A stretch of DNA of 64,000 nucleotides from Eledone cirrhosa. Taxonomy: Eukaryota. The stretch lies in the NCBI GenBank assembly GCA_964016885.1, contig OZ024743.1:187302001-187366000 (forward strand), written 5' to 3'. A program made the position numbers and the translations under genes. The notes below the pieces were generated by a model. The model did no database searches. It saw only the letters and a program-made list of their open reading frames with translations, and was not told where the DNA came from. This document shows, one piece after another, positions 51,923-64,000 of this stretch. Every line of letters starts with the position of its first letter. Position 1 is the stretch's first letter.

Positions 51923-52052
51923 ATGTGTGTGTATATGTGTGAGTGTATGTGTATGTATGTGTGTATGTATATATGTATGTATATATATATATATATATAT
52001 ATTTCTTTTATCTTTTCTTTTCTTTTTTTCTTTTTTTTTCTTTCTTTTTTTA

Positions 52053-52087
<35 letters not shown>

Positions 52088-52192
52088 TTTTTTTTTTTAT
52101 TTATTTATTTTTTTTTTTTTCTTCTCGTGCAATGGCCATACTCGATAACGAGGGGGCAGCCATCATGTATGTACCTATATATGTACGTATTC

Positions 52193-52325
52193 AAAGGAAT
52201 TGACACCAAAAAGAAGCAATGGTGGTGAAGGGTGTGGGTACATACGAACATACACACTGTGTGTGTATGTTCGTATGTACCCACACCCTTCACCACCATT
52301 GCTTCATTTTTGTGTCAATTCCTTT
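52193..52325. repeat. Near-perfect 133-bp palindrome
   Basis: aaaggaattgacac...catacacac-tgt-gtgtgtatg...gtgtcaattccttt, with about 2 mismatches. Confidence 0.92.
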
Positions 52326-52989
52326 AAAGTTGTTCTTGTAACTGTTGTAAAATTGACGTCCTTATTTTCATTTTCTTTGATTTCTTTTGTTTTTCTTTTA
52401 TCTCCCTAGTGAATTCGTTGAAAAGCTTCTTTTATTTATTTTCTTCATTTTCTTCATTCAAATGCATTCACACTGGCTATCGAAGAGATGTACAAATATG
52501 ACTTATAAAAATTACCAAACTAAAGGGGCTACCAGCGCCCCTATAGCTCCCCTCCCCTTAGCTTAAAACGCCCGCCCAAAACTCCCCCGGGAGCTCCGAA
52601 ACGCTCCATATGCCCCCCCCCCCCCGTTGGGAACCTTTGCTTAACACCATACTAATCAAGACAAATTAGATAGAAAATATTACTATACAGATGTCTTCAC
52701 AAAGTTATATGATTAATGAATGGAAAAATATTCATGGTACCTCATAATTCTAGAGTAAAAACAAACAACATACACAATCATAAACACAAACAAAAAATCT
52801 AAATGATAACATAAATCCAATAATCAAAATTCCAATTCCTGTGTTAATGACCACTACCACCAACAGAAGCCCTGCCTAATATATTGAAGCAGAATCACCT
52901 GTAAACATCACAATATTATGGAACTGAGACAAAGGAGTGCTAGAAACATTGATGATGGATTTATGAACTTTATTGATCCAAATATATGG

Positions 52990-53215
52990 CTAGGGACTCA
53001 TCAAAAACTTCTTCTTCACGACCAAATTCTTGAGAGGGTTGTGGGGACAGGGTCCTCAAACACTCCTTCCATTGGGTCCTGTCAGAAGCAACCATCTTCA
53101 ACTGATTTGGCTGGATCCTCAAGCATAACCAGCCAAGCTCATGGATGTTATCCAACCATCTTGTTTGTGGTCTACTCCTGGGTGTCCTGTTTCTTGGTTT
53201 TGCCAAGAAGAATCT
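52990..53215 (-). mobile_element. RTE-clade (Rex3/Expander-like) C-terminal fragment
   Basis: RSRPQTRWLDNIHELGWLCLRIQPNQLKMVASDRTQWKECLRTLSPQP. Confidence 0.65.
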
Positions 53216-53249
53216 TGGTAAAAAATCATAAAAATATAAGACAGCCATG

Positions 53250-53285
<36 letters not shown>

Positions 53286-53304
53286 TATCTCTCTCTATCT
53301 CTCC

Positions 53305-53425
<121 letters not shown>

Positions 53426-54282
53426 TTATTTTATTTTCGTCGTTTTGGAAGCCTCAACAATGCAGATGGGTAATTCTCCAGGTAACAGGATCCGGTGGTG
53501 AAGAGAGAGCTGTAAGGGAATGTAGAATGAGGTCTATAGTGTGTAGAAGAACGTAGGAAAGAGCGTAACAAATAAAAATAATAACACGAGATAGAGTTAC
53601 CTTGGGGGAGATTTAATTGTCCCTATATTTCGGATTCGCATGCATTTTCCGGGAGAGGGGTTTATCTGTCCGAGAGGAACGGTACGTGTCCTCTGCTGTT
53701 CGCTGTTTGTGACTAACTGAGGTATTCTGCAGAGCGCACGTGCGCATGGATTAAGTGCAGTCAAGCAAAGGTCGACGATCGAAGCAGTTCTTTTAATTGT
53801 GGGAGTGGGATGCCGTTAGCTGTCAATCCATTGTACTATTTATTTGTGGTGGTTTTTGGTACTAGCAGTGTAGTATATTCGTATGGTAGTAGTCTGCCTG
53901 GTCGGTGGATGGTGGCAGTGCTACACACACAATAACAATCGTTAGAATGCTACTATGTGTGCGTGCGTGTGTTGTCTCGTTTGTTTACACCAACCACCTC
54001 ATTTCGCTTCTCTCGGATCGGTTATTTATTTGTGGCCCTAGGCGTTTGATCCAAAGTGCTTCCTTGATTCGTAACGTGCCGACGTTACGTTCTGTCGCTA
54101 GTCACTATGCAAATATCTTAATCACACAGCTATTGTGCCTTGCAAATTGTATAACTATGACAATTTCCTCCATTTACTTTTAACTTTCTAGCTGCTGAAA
54201 TCAATAGCTCAAGTTTCATCTCAAAATGCTGAGCTATCTGATTCTTTCATTATCCTATCAGAGCATGATATAATAAAATATC

Positions 54283-54725
54283 ATCATTTTACATCTGTTG
54301 TTCCATGCTTTCATGGGTTACACGGGTCCTTCTCAGTACAGCATTTCTCCGCTTTTCACATTTCTTTGTCATCTCCCCCATGAGCTTTAGCAATCTGAAA
54401 TTAGCTCTCACCATTTCCATCCAGGTCTTCCTTGGTCTACCTCTACTGCAGCCTACTTCAACTGGCATTACTTGGCATTTCTTCACCCACTGATCATCAT
54501 CCATGCACATCACATGTCCATATCAATGCAGTCTACTCTCTGGTACATTACTTCTGATTCCTCTTAAACCAAGTTTCTCCCTCAGTTCATCCATGCTTTG
54601 TCATTCTTGCACATTAACATTTCATATCCATGGGACCATGCTTGCCTCATTTCTCTCCCGCCTCCACATGTCCTCTGTGTTCATTGCCCACGTCGCAATA
54701 CCATGCAACATTGCACTTCACACGG
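54283..54725 (-). mobile_element. RTE LINE 3' fragment
   Basis: WVKKCQVMPVEVGCSRGRPRKTW, colinear with 3022-3450. Confidence 0.75.
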
Positions 54726-55161
54726 ATGTAACAGTACAACACATAAAAATAAATAAATGTATCTATTCTTATCCAGTTTTCAACCAATATATGTAACATA
54801 ATTAATTCATTACAAATCCCGTTATTGATATTGATAATAAATTCCATAACTAAAACTTTAGTATAAACTTTCCATAAATTAAAATCACGAAAAAGATTGA
54901 AGACTACACTTTTAAAATGCAACACTATACACTGTTTGTTATTATTGTGTTTTAGAGAAAGAATTATTCAAACAAAAATGATAGATCACCAGCCAAATTA
55001 TCTATTTCTCTTTCTAAATATTTCATTGGAATTCATGAGATGATTAATGATTTCCTGTTCATTATAAGTGTAAATTAGATTCCAAGTCATTTCTTGGACT
55101 CAGCTTGATACCATGAAAGACTTTTCAGTTTGTAGTTTATATTGTATGCTTAGTAAAACCA

Positions 55162-55238
<77 letters not shown>

Positions 55239-55242
<4 letters not shown>

Positions 55243-58200
55243 TACTTGGGGAGTATCACATTTGTGTAATATTGCCAGAATTAATAACAGAACACACTCA
55301 CTGTTTGGTTGGTTTTCGCTTTTCGCTTCTGTGTCTTTTATATCGGTAATCTAATTTATTCGGTCCTCAATGTTGCCATTGACTGACCAACGGTCAAAAA
55401 TAATACAGATACAATATAGACACAAACACATATATATAGTTTATCAAAGTTCTTTCGTTGCACATCTGCAACATCGTCAGTGGAGCTATTGTTTCTTCCC
55501 GTTGCATTGTATTTTCTACGCCATCTTTATTTAGTCTGTTTATATATTTATTTATTTGTTTATTTTAGTTTGTCTTCTTTGCGCATGCGTTTGCGTATGT
55601 GTATAGTGTTATGCTTGATGTGTGTTCGTGATTGGGTGACTGTGTATTGGTTAATGTATTCTATCTTTACTAGTGTGTGTTTATATGTGTTTGTTGTTAT
55701 TGTGCTTGTGTATGTATTTATTTATTTATTTATCTATTTATTTATTTATTTATTTATTTATACTTCTCTTAGGTCAGTGTTGTTTGTTTGGGTGTTGTTG
55801 TTATTCCATTCATTTTTTCTGTTTAGCCTTGGCCTTCTAAGTTCTATTTCACTGGCCTCTCTGATTTGCCTATCTGCTGGGTCATTTCTATATTTAGATA
55901 TTATTCTAATTTCTATGTTGTCTATGTTACCGTCGTGTTGTTGTCTGGCATGTTCGTATAGTACTGAACCATTTTTTCGTCCTTTTAGTTCCCCCCAGTG
56001 TTGGTCTACCCTTTCACCTATGCTACGAGCTGTCTCGCCTATGTATGTTGTTGTCATGTTTCTGCAAGTACCTTCTGTACATCTTATGCTATAGACTACG
56101 TTTCTAGTTTTACAGTTTATCCGGGGGTTTACCTTACATATGATACATTTCCTATTGGTACAGTGGGTTTTCTTAAAAAGGTTAGGTTTTGCTGATCAGG
56201 GATTTTATGGTGGTTCCTGGCTTTTCTACAACCTTAATCTTTAAGTGGGTCTTTCTCAGGGCCTTTCTACACTGGTTAGCTAATTTCTCTCCAGGGGTAG
56301 CGTCCACAAACATGACACTCTGGTATCTCTGGTTGTTGTACCATGAGGTGGCTTTCCTTATCTTATGTCTAGCCCTATCTAAGCTATTCCATGATTTGCT
56401 CCTGTATAATGGGCAAATTCCTTTCATGTCTAGTTCTATGAGGGTCTTATACTTCTCCGTGGCTCCTTTGTATACTCTAATTCTGTCTCTTTGGTTGTAG
56501 CCAGAGAACTGCATGCGGTTGATGAAGTGTTGGATGTGTCTTTCCATTTCTGTTGGGTCGCACATGTGGGACACGTTCTTCATCATTCGTACCAAGTCTG
56601 CGATCAGAATATTAAACTTAGCACTACGGGACATTGCTGCGTTTTTGAGTATCAGGTATTTGGAGGCCATGGGTTTAGCATAGTGTGAGTGGAGAATTTG
56701 GGCTCTCTCGTCTATAGTGTTAATCCAGAGTTCCGTGTCTAATACAGGTAGTCTATTGTTAGGGTGTTTGGAAAGGTAGTCGATAGTTACAGTTATACTC
56801 TGGTGTATGGAATTAGCTATCTGCTGGATGCTTTCCATTGTGCTACGTTCTAAATCAAACTTGTTAGTGCTCTCTGTGGGGATGTTCTTATAACTGATAT
56901 CGTCTACGTAACGAGAGTACATGATGAGGTCTATGGAGCTCTCATTAAGGAGATCTTTAAGTCTCCTTTGCCACCATACCATAAAAAGGTTAGCAACGTC
57001 ACCAGCTATGCTGACCCCAATGGCTGCTCCTTCATTTTGGGTGTAGATCTTCTCGTTGAACTTGAATATGTGGCCCTTTAGGGTAGTTTTGATACTAGCC
57101 CTTATTGCATGTGCGACCATTTTTCTTACCTGATCATTGTTTTGGGGGATCCGTATAGCTTTGGTCCACCCAATCCACCTTCCCATGGGAGTCTTTTTAG
57201 CCATTGAGGTTATGGTGGGGGTTTACCTCTTATGGGTATACTAGGGCAGAAACGTCTAAGGTCATGGCTGTCTAGGTAGACAGTGTCGTAGGTAAGTTTA
57301 AGTAGGAGGCCCAGTTCGTCTGTGTCGACGTCGCAGAAATCCACCTCACTCTCAATGATCATTTCCACACATTTTTCCACAGCAAAATCAATGTTAATGG
57401 ATGGGTACAGTGATAGCACATCCATGCTGCCTATTATGCAGTTGGATAGGTTCCTGTTTTTGTTGCACTCACTGATTCTGCTGAGGAGGTCCTCTGTACT
57501 GTCACATACATCTGGGGACATCTTGATTATGGGGCGTATAAGCATTGAGAGGAAGTAGGAGATCCTGTAGTTGCTAGCTATATTTGCTCCGCATACGGGT
57601 CTTGTTGCTGGTCCTGTTGTCGGGTTGTCGAATGTCTTGTGGTCTTTGCTGAGCCCATACAAGGGTGGTATGCCATTGTTAGACGACTGGAAGTTGTTGG
57701 CAGTGCGTCTGCTTGGCTTTAGGATGTCGGTCCACATCATCATGTGAGCGTTGAATATTTTCTATCTCCCATCATGTATTTGCTGTGCAATTTCGCTCGT
57801 GTTGGTGATGTGGGGTTGCATAGCATTGATGTAATTCGGCTATCTATTGACATCCTACCAGACTTATCCGTGGGTAGACATACTACCTCAGCATCCCTTA
57901 TGCGCTGCTTGAGGCTAACCAAGCCTTCTACAGGTTTCCTCCCAAGTTGTTGGGCCTCTGGTCTGCTCTGTCTCTTAGTATACCGGTCTACTATTTGTCT
58001 AAACTTATTTCTAGCTATGGTGAACTGTGCCTCTGTCTCGTCATCTATTTGTTGTGGTATGCAAACTCTTTTATTAAAGGGTAACCTCGTAGGATAGATA
58101 TTACCCATCTTATATGTTTTGTCAGCTGGGTTGAAGAATAGTTTCTCTAAGGGGTTGTCATTATATCTATCGTTATAATGGTTTGTGTTGCTATTATTGT

Positions 58201-58650
58201 TATTATGGTGGTTGTTGTTGTTCCTATCATTAGCATTATTATTATTGTTATGATTGCTAGATGTATTGTTGCAGTGTTTGTTAGATGTATTGTTATGATT
58301 GCCAGATGTATTGTTGCTGTGATTGTTGTTTTCTTCACCGTTACTGTTATTTCTACTATTGTGGTTGTTACTTTTATTATGTTTCTTGTTTTTGTTGTGT
58401 CTATCATTAATGTTGCTACATGTATTATTTCTATTATTACCACTGTGGTTGTTGTTGTTGTTATTCGTATTGTTACCGTTATTACTACTGTGGTCGCTGC
58501 TGCTGTGTCTGTAGTTAATGTTTCTATTATTATTATTATTATGGTTGTTGTTGTGTGTTCTGTTATTAATTCTGTCAATATTACACAAATATGACCCTCC
58601 CCAAGTATAACAATATTTGTTTCGACACACGATTTCATATCAAAAACCTC
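55239..58650 (-). mobile_element. Penelope-like element (Neptune-type): RT + Cys-rich linker + GIY-YIG, frameshifted, inside (TA)n
   Basis: TDKSGR, LYGLSKDHK, RPVCG, SMDVLSLYPSI, GAAIG, RYVDD and LPVLD. Linker frame 56058-56187 reads HCTNRKCIICKVNPRINCKTRNVVYSIRC, followed by YIGETARSIGER..IREA..LN. 59-bp terminal inverted repeats. Confidence 0.92.
55444..55484 (-). ncRNA. Minimal hammerhead-like motif in the Penelope 3' pLTR, partly degenerate
   Basis: tcca CTGACGA t gttgca-gatg-tgcaac GAAA gaacttt ga. Core and stem II are good; stem I is weak. Confidence 0.55.
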
Positions 58651-58853
<203 letters not shown>

Positions 58854-58854
58854 G

Positions 58855-59045
58855 GCGGTGGATTGGCAGTATCGGTAGAGGGTCGGACTCCATGCTTTGA
58901 CGCATAAAGTTACGGCCCTTGCCATTCTGAGTTCAAATCTTGCCGAGGTTAACTTTACCATTCATCCTTGCGGGGTCGATAAAATAAAAGTACCAGTAAT
59001 GAACTGGGTTATTGCTGGCCTTGTGCCAAAAGTAGAAACAGTTAT
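58855..59045 (+). mobile_element. tRNA-derived SINE, family 1
   Basis: Same A box, B box and core as the other copies. Confidence 0.9.
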
Positions 59046-59443
59046 ATATATATATATACAGAACTTATGTTTACCGAATTCGCAGACTAGACCCCTTCTT
59101 CCTCCGGTTAGACCTGTGCGAAATTCCTTCCTTGCTCACATTTCAACCAGGTTTGATGGTCTTTATTCTCTCTCGTTCACGATTCACCGAACTTATATTC
59201 ATAGAAATGTTTGGACTTGACTCGCTCTTCCTCACTTTTCGTTGCTTCACCATCTTTGTTTGTTTACACTCTCGCTGTTCCCTTTATTTACATGTCCCAA
59301 CGACTTTCTTTAGCCGTTGCTCGCACCAACCGGAGGTATATGGTCTTTAAAGCGAAGAAATACCGATGATGGTTGGAAGATCACTGATGAAGGACCACTT
59401 TATTCATATGTAACCCATTTGCAACCCCGCAGCACGTTTATTT

Positions 59444-59534
<91 letters not shown>

Positions 59535-59541
59535 CACACAC

Positions 59542-59579
<38 letters not shown>

Positions 59580-59597
59580 ATATACATATATCTGTGC

Positions 59598-59626
<29 letters not shown>

Positions 59627-59631
<5 letters not shown>

Positions 59632-60141
59632 CGAAGGAGTTGTGGTAAGGAACCAGATGGACCATAACGCACCAGAGTATTCAATACTTAGGGTAGAGCT
59701 CAAGCTATTTCGACGGCTATTTCTCTCCAGAAATAGCCGTCGAAATGGCTTGAGCTCTGCTGTCGGGGTCATACATTTTCCTATATATATATATATTTAT
59801 ATAAGTTATTCCGGGTTGAATCGAGGGTAACCACAGTAAGTAAGGTACTCAATACCTAGCAGAGTATAAATGTTTTAATATAGAAAAGCTTCTACAGGGC
59901 TAGAACTGTTTAATTCGTGAGAAATCATCATGAGATTCCTGATGATTTCTCACAAATGAAACAGTTCTAGTCCTGTAGAAGGTTTCTATATTAATATATA
60001 TATATATATATATAACGAAGGAAATGTGGTAAGGAACCAAGTGGACCATAACGCACCAAAGTACTCAATACTTAGGGTAGTAGAGTAGGTAATATATTAA
60101 TATAGAAAAGCTTCTACAGGACTAGAACTGTTTCATTTGTG
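59627..60141. repeat. Mosaic of direct and inverted repeats with two long hairpins; probable Penelope pLTR debris
   Basis: Direct repeat 59627-59697 / 60010-60080. Hairpin 59693-59760. Palindrome 59876-59993 containing CTGATGA..GAAAC..GTC. 60095-60141 repeats the palindrome arm. Confidence 0.75.
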
Positions 60142-60295
60142 ATATATATATAGACAATATGCCCCCACACCCTTCTACTGCAAAGCGGTCCTGGAGGTGC
60201 CATGGTAAAAAAGCACGCAGCCCACACTGTCAAATGAACGTGTAGGTGCCACAGAAAAAAGCACCCAGCATTCACTGTAAATGAGGTTGTGTATA

Positions 60296-62398
60296 TATTA
60301 AATATTTAAACATTATTTAAAATTAAAAATCAAAATTAAAGATTAAAATTTACTTTAATATTAAAAATTTAATTTAATATTAATATTAAAATTAAAAATT
60401 TAAAAATTAAATATTTAAAAGTATTATTTAAAATTAAAAATCAAAATTAAAATTTACTTTAATATTAAAAATTTAATTTAATATTAATATTAAATTAAAA
60501 GTTACGAATATTGGTAAACAATCTTCAACTTCTCTATCCAACTTATTATGGAACCTAAAATCCAAGAATATTAACTATTCTTTATCTTGGGAAATTATCT
60601 CCGTAGCTCCATCATACACAGCTCTATCCAAATTTGGCTCCCTTTGCGTGGAAGAAATATTCTTTATACTAAAATGTAAGAACTCTATTAATTTGCGTAA
60701 AAATGTATTTAGTTCTTGTAAACATCGTTTAAACTCAACTTTTAGATATATATATAAAATGTAATATATGGTTAATCTCCTTTACATAACGTTTTCTATA
60801 TCCAACCACCTACAACTTCATCCCTCAGATTGTATCTATATATGATTCATATATATATAATTTACTTTCTATTATCTCTACTTCATAAATATACTTTATA
60901 TTATTACACTTATCAATAGATTATAACCTTTTTATATGACTACATGAAATTCTTTTAAGAAAAATTCTAAAAAATTTTCCTTGAAAGACTTTCTGAAGGT
61001 TTTAGATAATTCTTGGTAAAACCTTTGAAAGTTCCTTTGAAAGATATGGAAAAACCATTATTTTCATATCTTCCAATATTTTATATCTTCAAACATTTTA
61101 AATATATATCCAAATATTTATATATATGAGGAATAACGTATGGTTTTTATATATATGTGGAATAACCTATGGTTTATGTTTTAATTATACTCTTAAGATA
61201 AATTTTTTAACTTTATAACATTTATGACTTCTCATTAAAATAAAAAAAGATAAAATATAAAAAATTTTTTTAAAGGTTTTTTTATGTATCCTTGGTATTT
61301 GAGTTCTTAAAAAATCACTTCTAACTTCCTTTATACTTCCTTACTGTTTTTATAATATAATTAAGTAGTTATTCCTTTGTAAACTCTCGTAAATTTTCAT
61401 AAATTTGAATTATTTGGATGTTTAAGTTTTGACTTACAACTATTAATAAATATAATTTTGCCAAACTTACTTTAATCTAATAAACTATACTAGATTTTCT
61501 CCAATGTAAAATACTATACATTTAAATAATTCATAATCCATAACATACACATCTAAACCAATATATTATTACTAATACATCTTAATATAATATAAATACT
61601 TCTGTTTTAATTTTAATTTTCAATTTTTAATTTTTTAATTTTTAATTTTAATATTAATATTAAATTAAATTTTTAATATTAAAGTAAATTTTAATCTTTA
61701 ATTTTGATTTTTAATTTTAAATAGTATTTTCAAATATTGATAAATATTTAATTTTCAATAAATATTGTAATCACAACATAATGAACCCTACATTATGATT
61801 ATTATTCTTCCACATTAATCTTATTACATCTTTTACTTCTTCTTTCACTTAGGTATATTTACGTTCTGAATATTCTTCCATTAATATTTATTTCCTCGTT
61901 CACTTTGATTATCTTCACTATCACTATGTATAATCATTCTTTCTTTCTTCTTCTCTCTTTCTCCTTCCTTTTCTTCTCTCTTTCTCCTTCCTTTTCTTCT
62001 CTCTCCCTTACATATCCTCTTCTTCCAACAGTTTAATTTAAATAAACCGTTATCTTTTCAATTTTTCGGACACTCATTTGCATACTCACTCATAACTTTA
62101 TATTACCCTCAATAAAATATTATCTCCACTATCCAGGAAGCTCCAACCGTTAAGGTTGTCTTTTTTCCGTGTATGTCAATATTTATTTATAAAACAAATC
62201 TGTATTTTATCTGATGAAAGCGCACCATAATTTGCCTCGGTTGCCCTTGAAATATATATAATAAAATAAATATGGTTTTATAAATATAGTTTCCATTTAT
62301 TAATATATTGTGAATTTAATCCACTAACCAGTTGAGTGCTTTATATCAGTTATAAAAATGTTTAAGCTTGTTGAATCCCAACAAATTAAATATAACCT

Positions 62399-62400
<2 letters not shown>
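60296..62400 (+). mobile_element. 5'-truncated Penelope-like element (Naiad-like endonuclease C-terminus, long AT-rich 3' region, hammerhead, inverted 5' segment)
   Basis: Open frame 60501-60764 without ATG: STSLSNLLWNLKSKNINYSLSWEIISVAPSY..KFGSLCVEEIFFIL..INLRKNVFSSCKHR*. 60301-60410 is inverted at ~61627-61738. Ends at (CA)n/(TA)n. Confidence 0.75.
62203..62268 (+). ncRNA. Minimal type I hammerhead ribozyme
   Basis: tattttat CTGATGA aagcgcacc..ggttgccctt GAAA tatata TA ataaaata. Stem I is 8 bp, stem III is palindromic and the triplet is AUA. Confidence 0.8.
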
Positions 62401-62467
<67 letters not shown>

Positions 62468-62794
62468 CAGTATATACATTTAAATTGAAGAAGCCAAGGT
62501 TTTTAAATGAAATCCATCTTTAATCTCTACAAATGTTTCTATACAGATGAGAGACACGTATATACATGCAAACAATGAACCAATCTGTTACAATTAATAA
62601 TCATTCACATATATCTTTAAATGCATATCTTCAGCAGTGTGAAAGAAAGAGTTAATTCATCACAACAAGCAGCAAATAATGAAAGAATGCAGAAAACCGA
62701 TGTAAGCAAATAAATGGCAAATAGACCGAAATAATATTTTGGGACATATGAAGCATGTAGCCATATAGATCTTTTGTGTGAGCTTTAGATATAT

Positions 62795-62975
62795 AATTGT
62801 TTCTACTATTGGAACAAGGCCAGCAATTACCCAGTACATTACTAGTACTTTATTTTATCGACCACGTAAGGATGAAAGGCAAAGTTAACCTCGGCGGGAT
62901 TTGAACTCAGAATGGCAGGGCCGTAACTCTATGCGCCAAAGCATGGCATCCGACCCTCTACCGATACTGCCAATT
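62795..62975 (-). mobile_element. tRNA-derived SINE, family 1
   Basis: Reverse complement of the family sequence. Confidence 0.9.
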
Positions 62976-63132
62976 CCCCCATTATAGCTTTAGATATATA
63001 ATGGTATAGGAGCAGTATCATTCTGTAAAACAGAGAGAAACGAATATTAGACTATCGAAAATCAAAGAAGGCGCTCTAGAATGTAAAGTTAATAAGCTCA
63101 GCATGAAGACATATGCAAAATGTAGGCTCATT

Positions 63133-63301
63133 AGATTGGCAGTGTCGCTTGAGCGTCAAACACCATGCTTTGCAGCCTAGAGTTGTGGCCCTTCATGCCG
63201 AGATTAACTTTGCCTTTCATCCTTACGGGGTTGATAAAATAAAGTACCAGTAATGCACTAGGGTAATTGCTGGCCTTATGTCAAAAGTAGAAAAAATTAT
63301 T
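63133..63301 (+). mobile_element. tRNA-derived SINE, family 1, B box deleted
   Basis: Head and core are present; the segment containing gagttcaaatc is missing. Confidence 0.85.
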
Positions 63302-64000
63302 ATTGCTTAATCATGTTACTCACTTGGGCATAAACAAAAGTCTGAAGCAAAAATCAATCTCCCCATGATAGAGCCAGCATTTGTTATTATACCAGCATGG
63401 GAAGAAAAAATTTGGTGATTTGATTTAGAAACCTTCGTTTCTTCAGTTTAGATATGTATGCTCTACTGCCCTCACCATCTTTAACAGCAAGTATCCTAAC
63501 CTTTGGAATACACTTTCGATTGCATTTGAATTCCTAATTATTGTCAACCTCAAGTGTGCATTGAGCTTTTCACACCTTACCAAAATTAATAGTGGACTCC
63601 TCCACTATAATTACTCAAATGCACACACACACACATGTAATAAAAGACTAATACATTTTGGTACAATGCAGTAGAAAAATACAAAGGGCAAATGATGACA
63701 AATAAAACAAAACAAAGTAATAAAGGAAACTTAAGAATCAAAGAGGCCATTATCATCAACCAGAAAAAACACAGATAAATAATAGGTTGTAAATGCATGA
63801 AGCAGACTGGTTGGTCTAACAATTTCGCACATGCGTATTTCAGACATGTAAACCAGTTAAGGAAGAACATATTGATCGTTCATTTTGTTTTGCTCTGTTT
63901 CAGCTCCACATTTGAAAAGAGGGCAATAGCCCTGAGATATCAAGGTTGGCTCCTTGAATTGCAGGTGCACCTCATTTTTGCCAGTTGAATGAACTAGAGC

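Noticed and set aside
63880-64000. Strong + strand splice acceptor (ttttgctctgtttcag, ending at 63903)
   Set aside because: No convincing donor or recognisable peptide, and it is at the window edge.

Overview
Eukaryotic, AT-rich, microsatellite-rich window with no supportable host protein-coding gene. The SINE and (TA)n/(ATT)n/(GAT)n repertoire looks like a coleoid cephalopod (Octopus-like); this is an inference. The window is almost entirely retroelements. (1) A ~31.6 kb array (17050-48713) grew inside the (ATT)n tail of a CR1-type LINE fragment. It holds five R4/Dong-type RLE retrotransposons (two families, all on - strand), two Tx1/L1-type elements (both on + strand) and a non-autonomous LTR element, and nearly every junction is an (ATT)n tract. 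(2) A separate set of (TA)n/(CA)n-embedded Penelope-like elements and short fold-back remnants carries hammerhead ribozyme motifs; three have intact cores and 8-bp stem I (4429-4497, 5038-5119, 62203-62268). (3) A CRE-type and an RTE-type LINE each carry a PHD-finger-like module. (4) There is also a decayed hAT transposase, tRNA-derived SINEs and several long palindromes. Boundaries were read by eye and are approximate to a few bases unless stated; no database searches were run.
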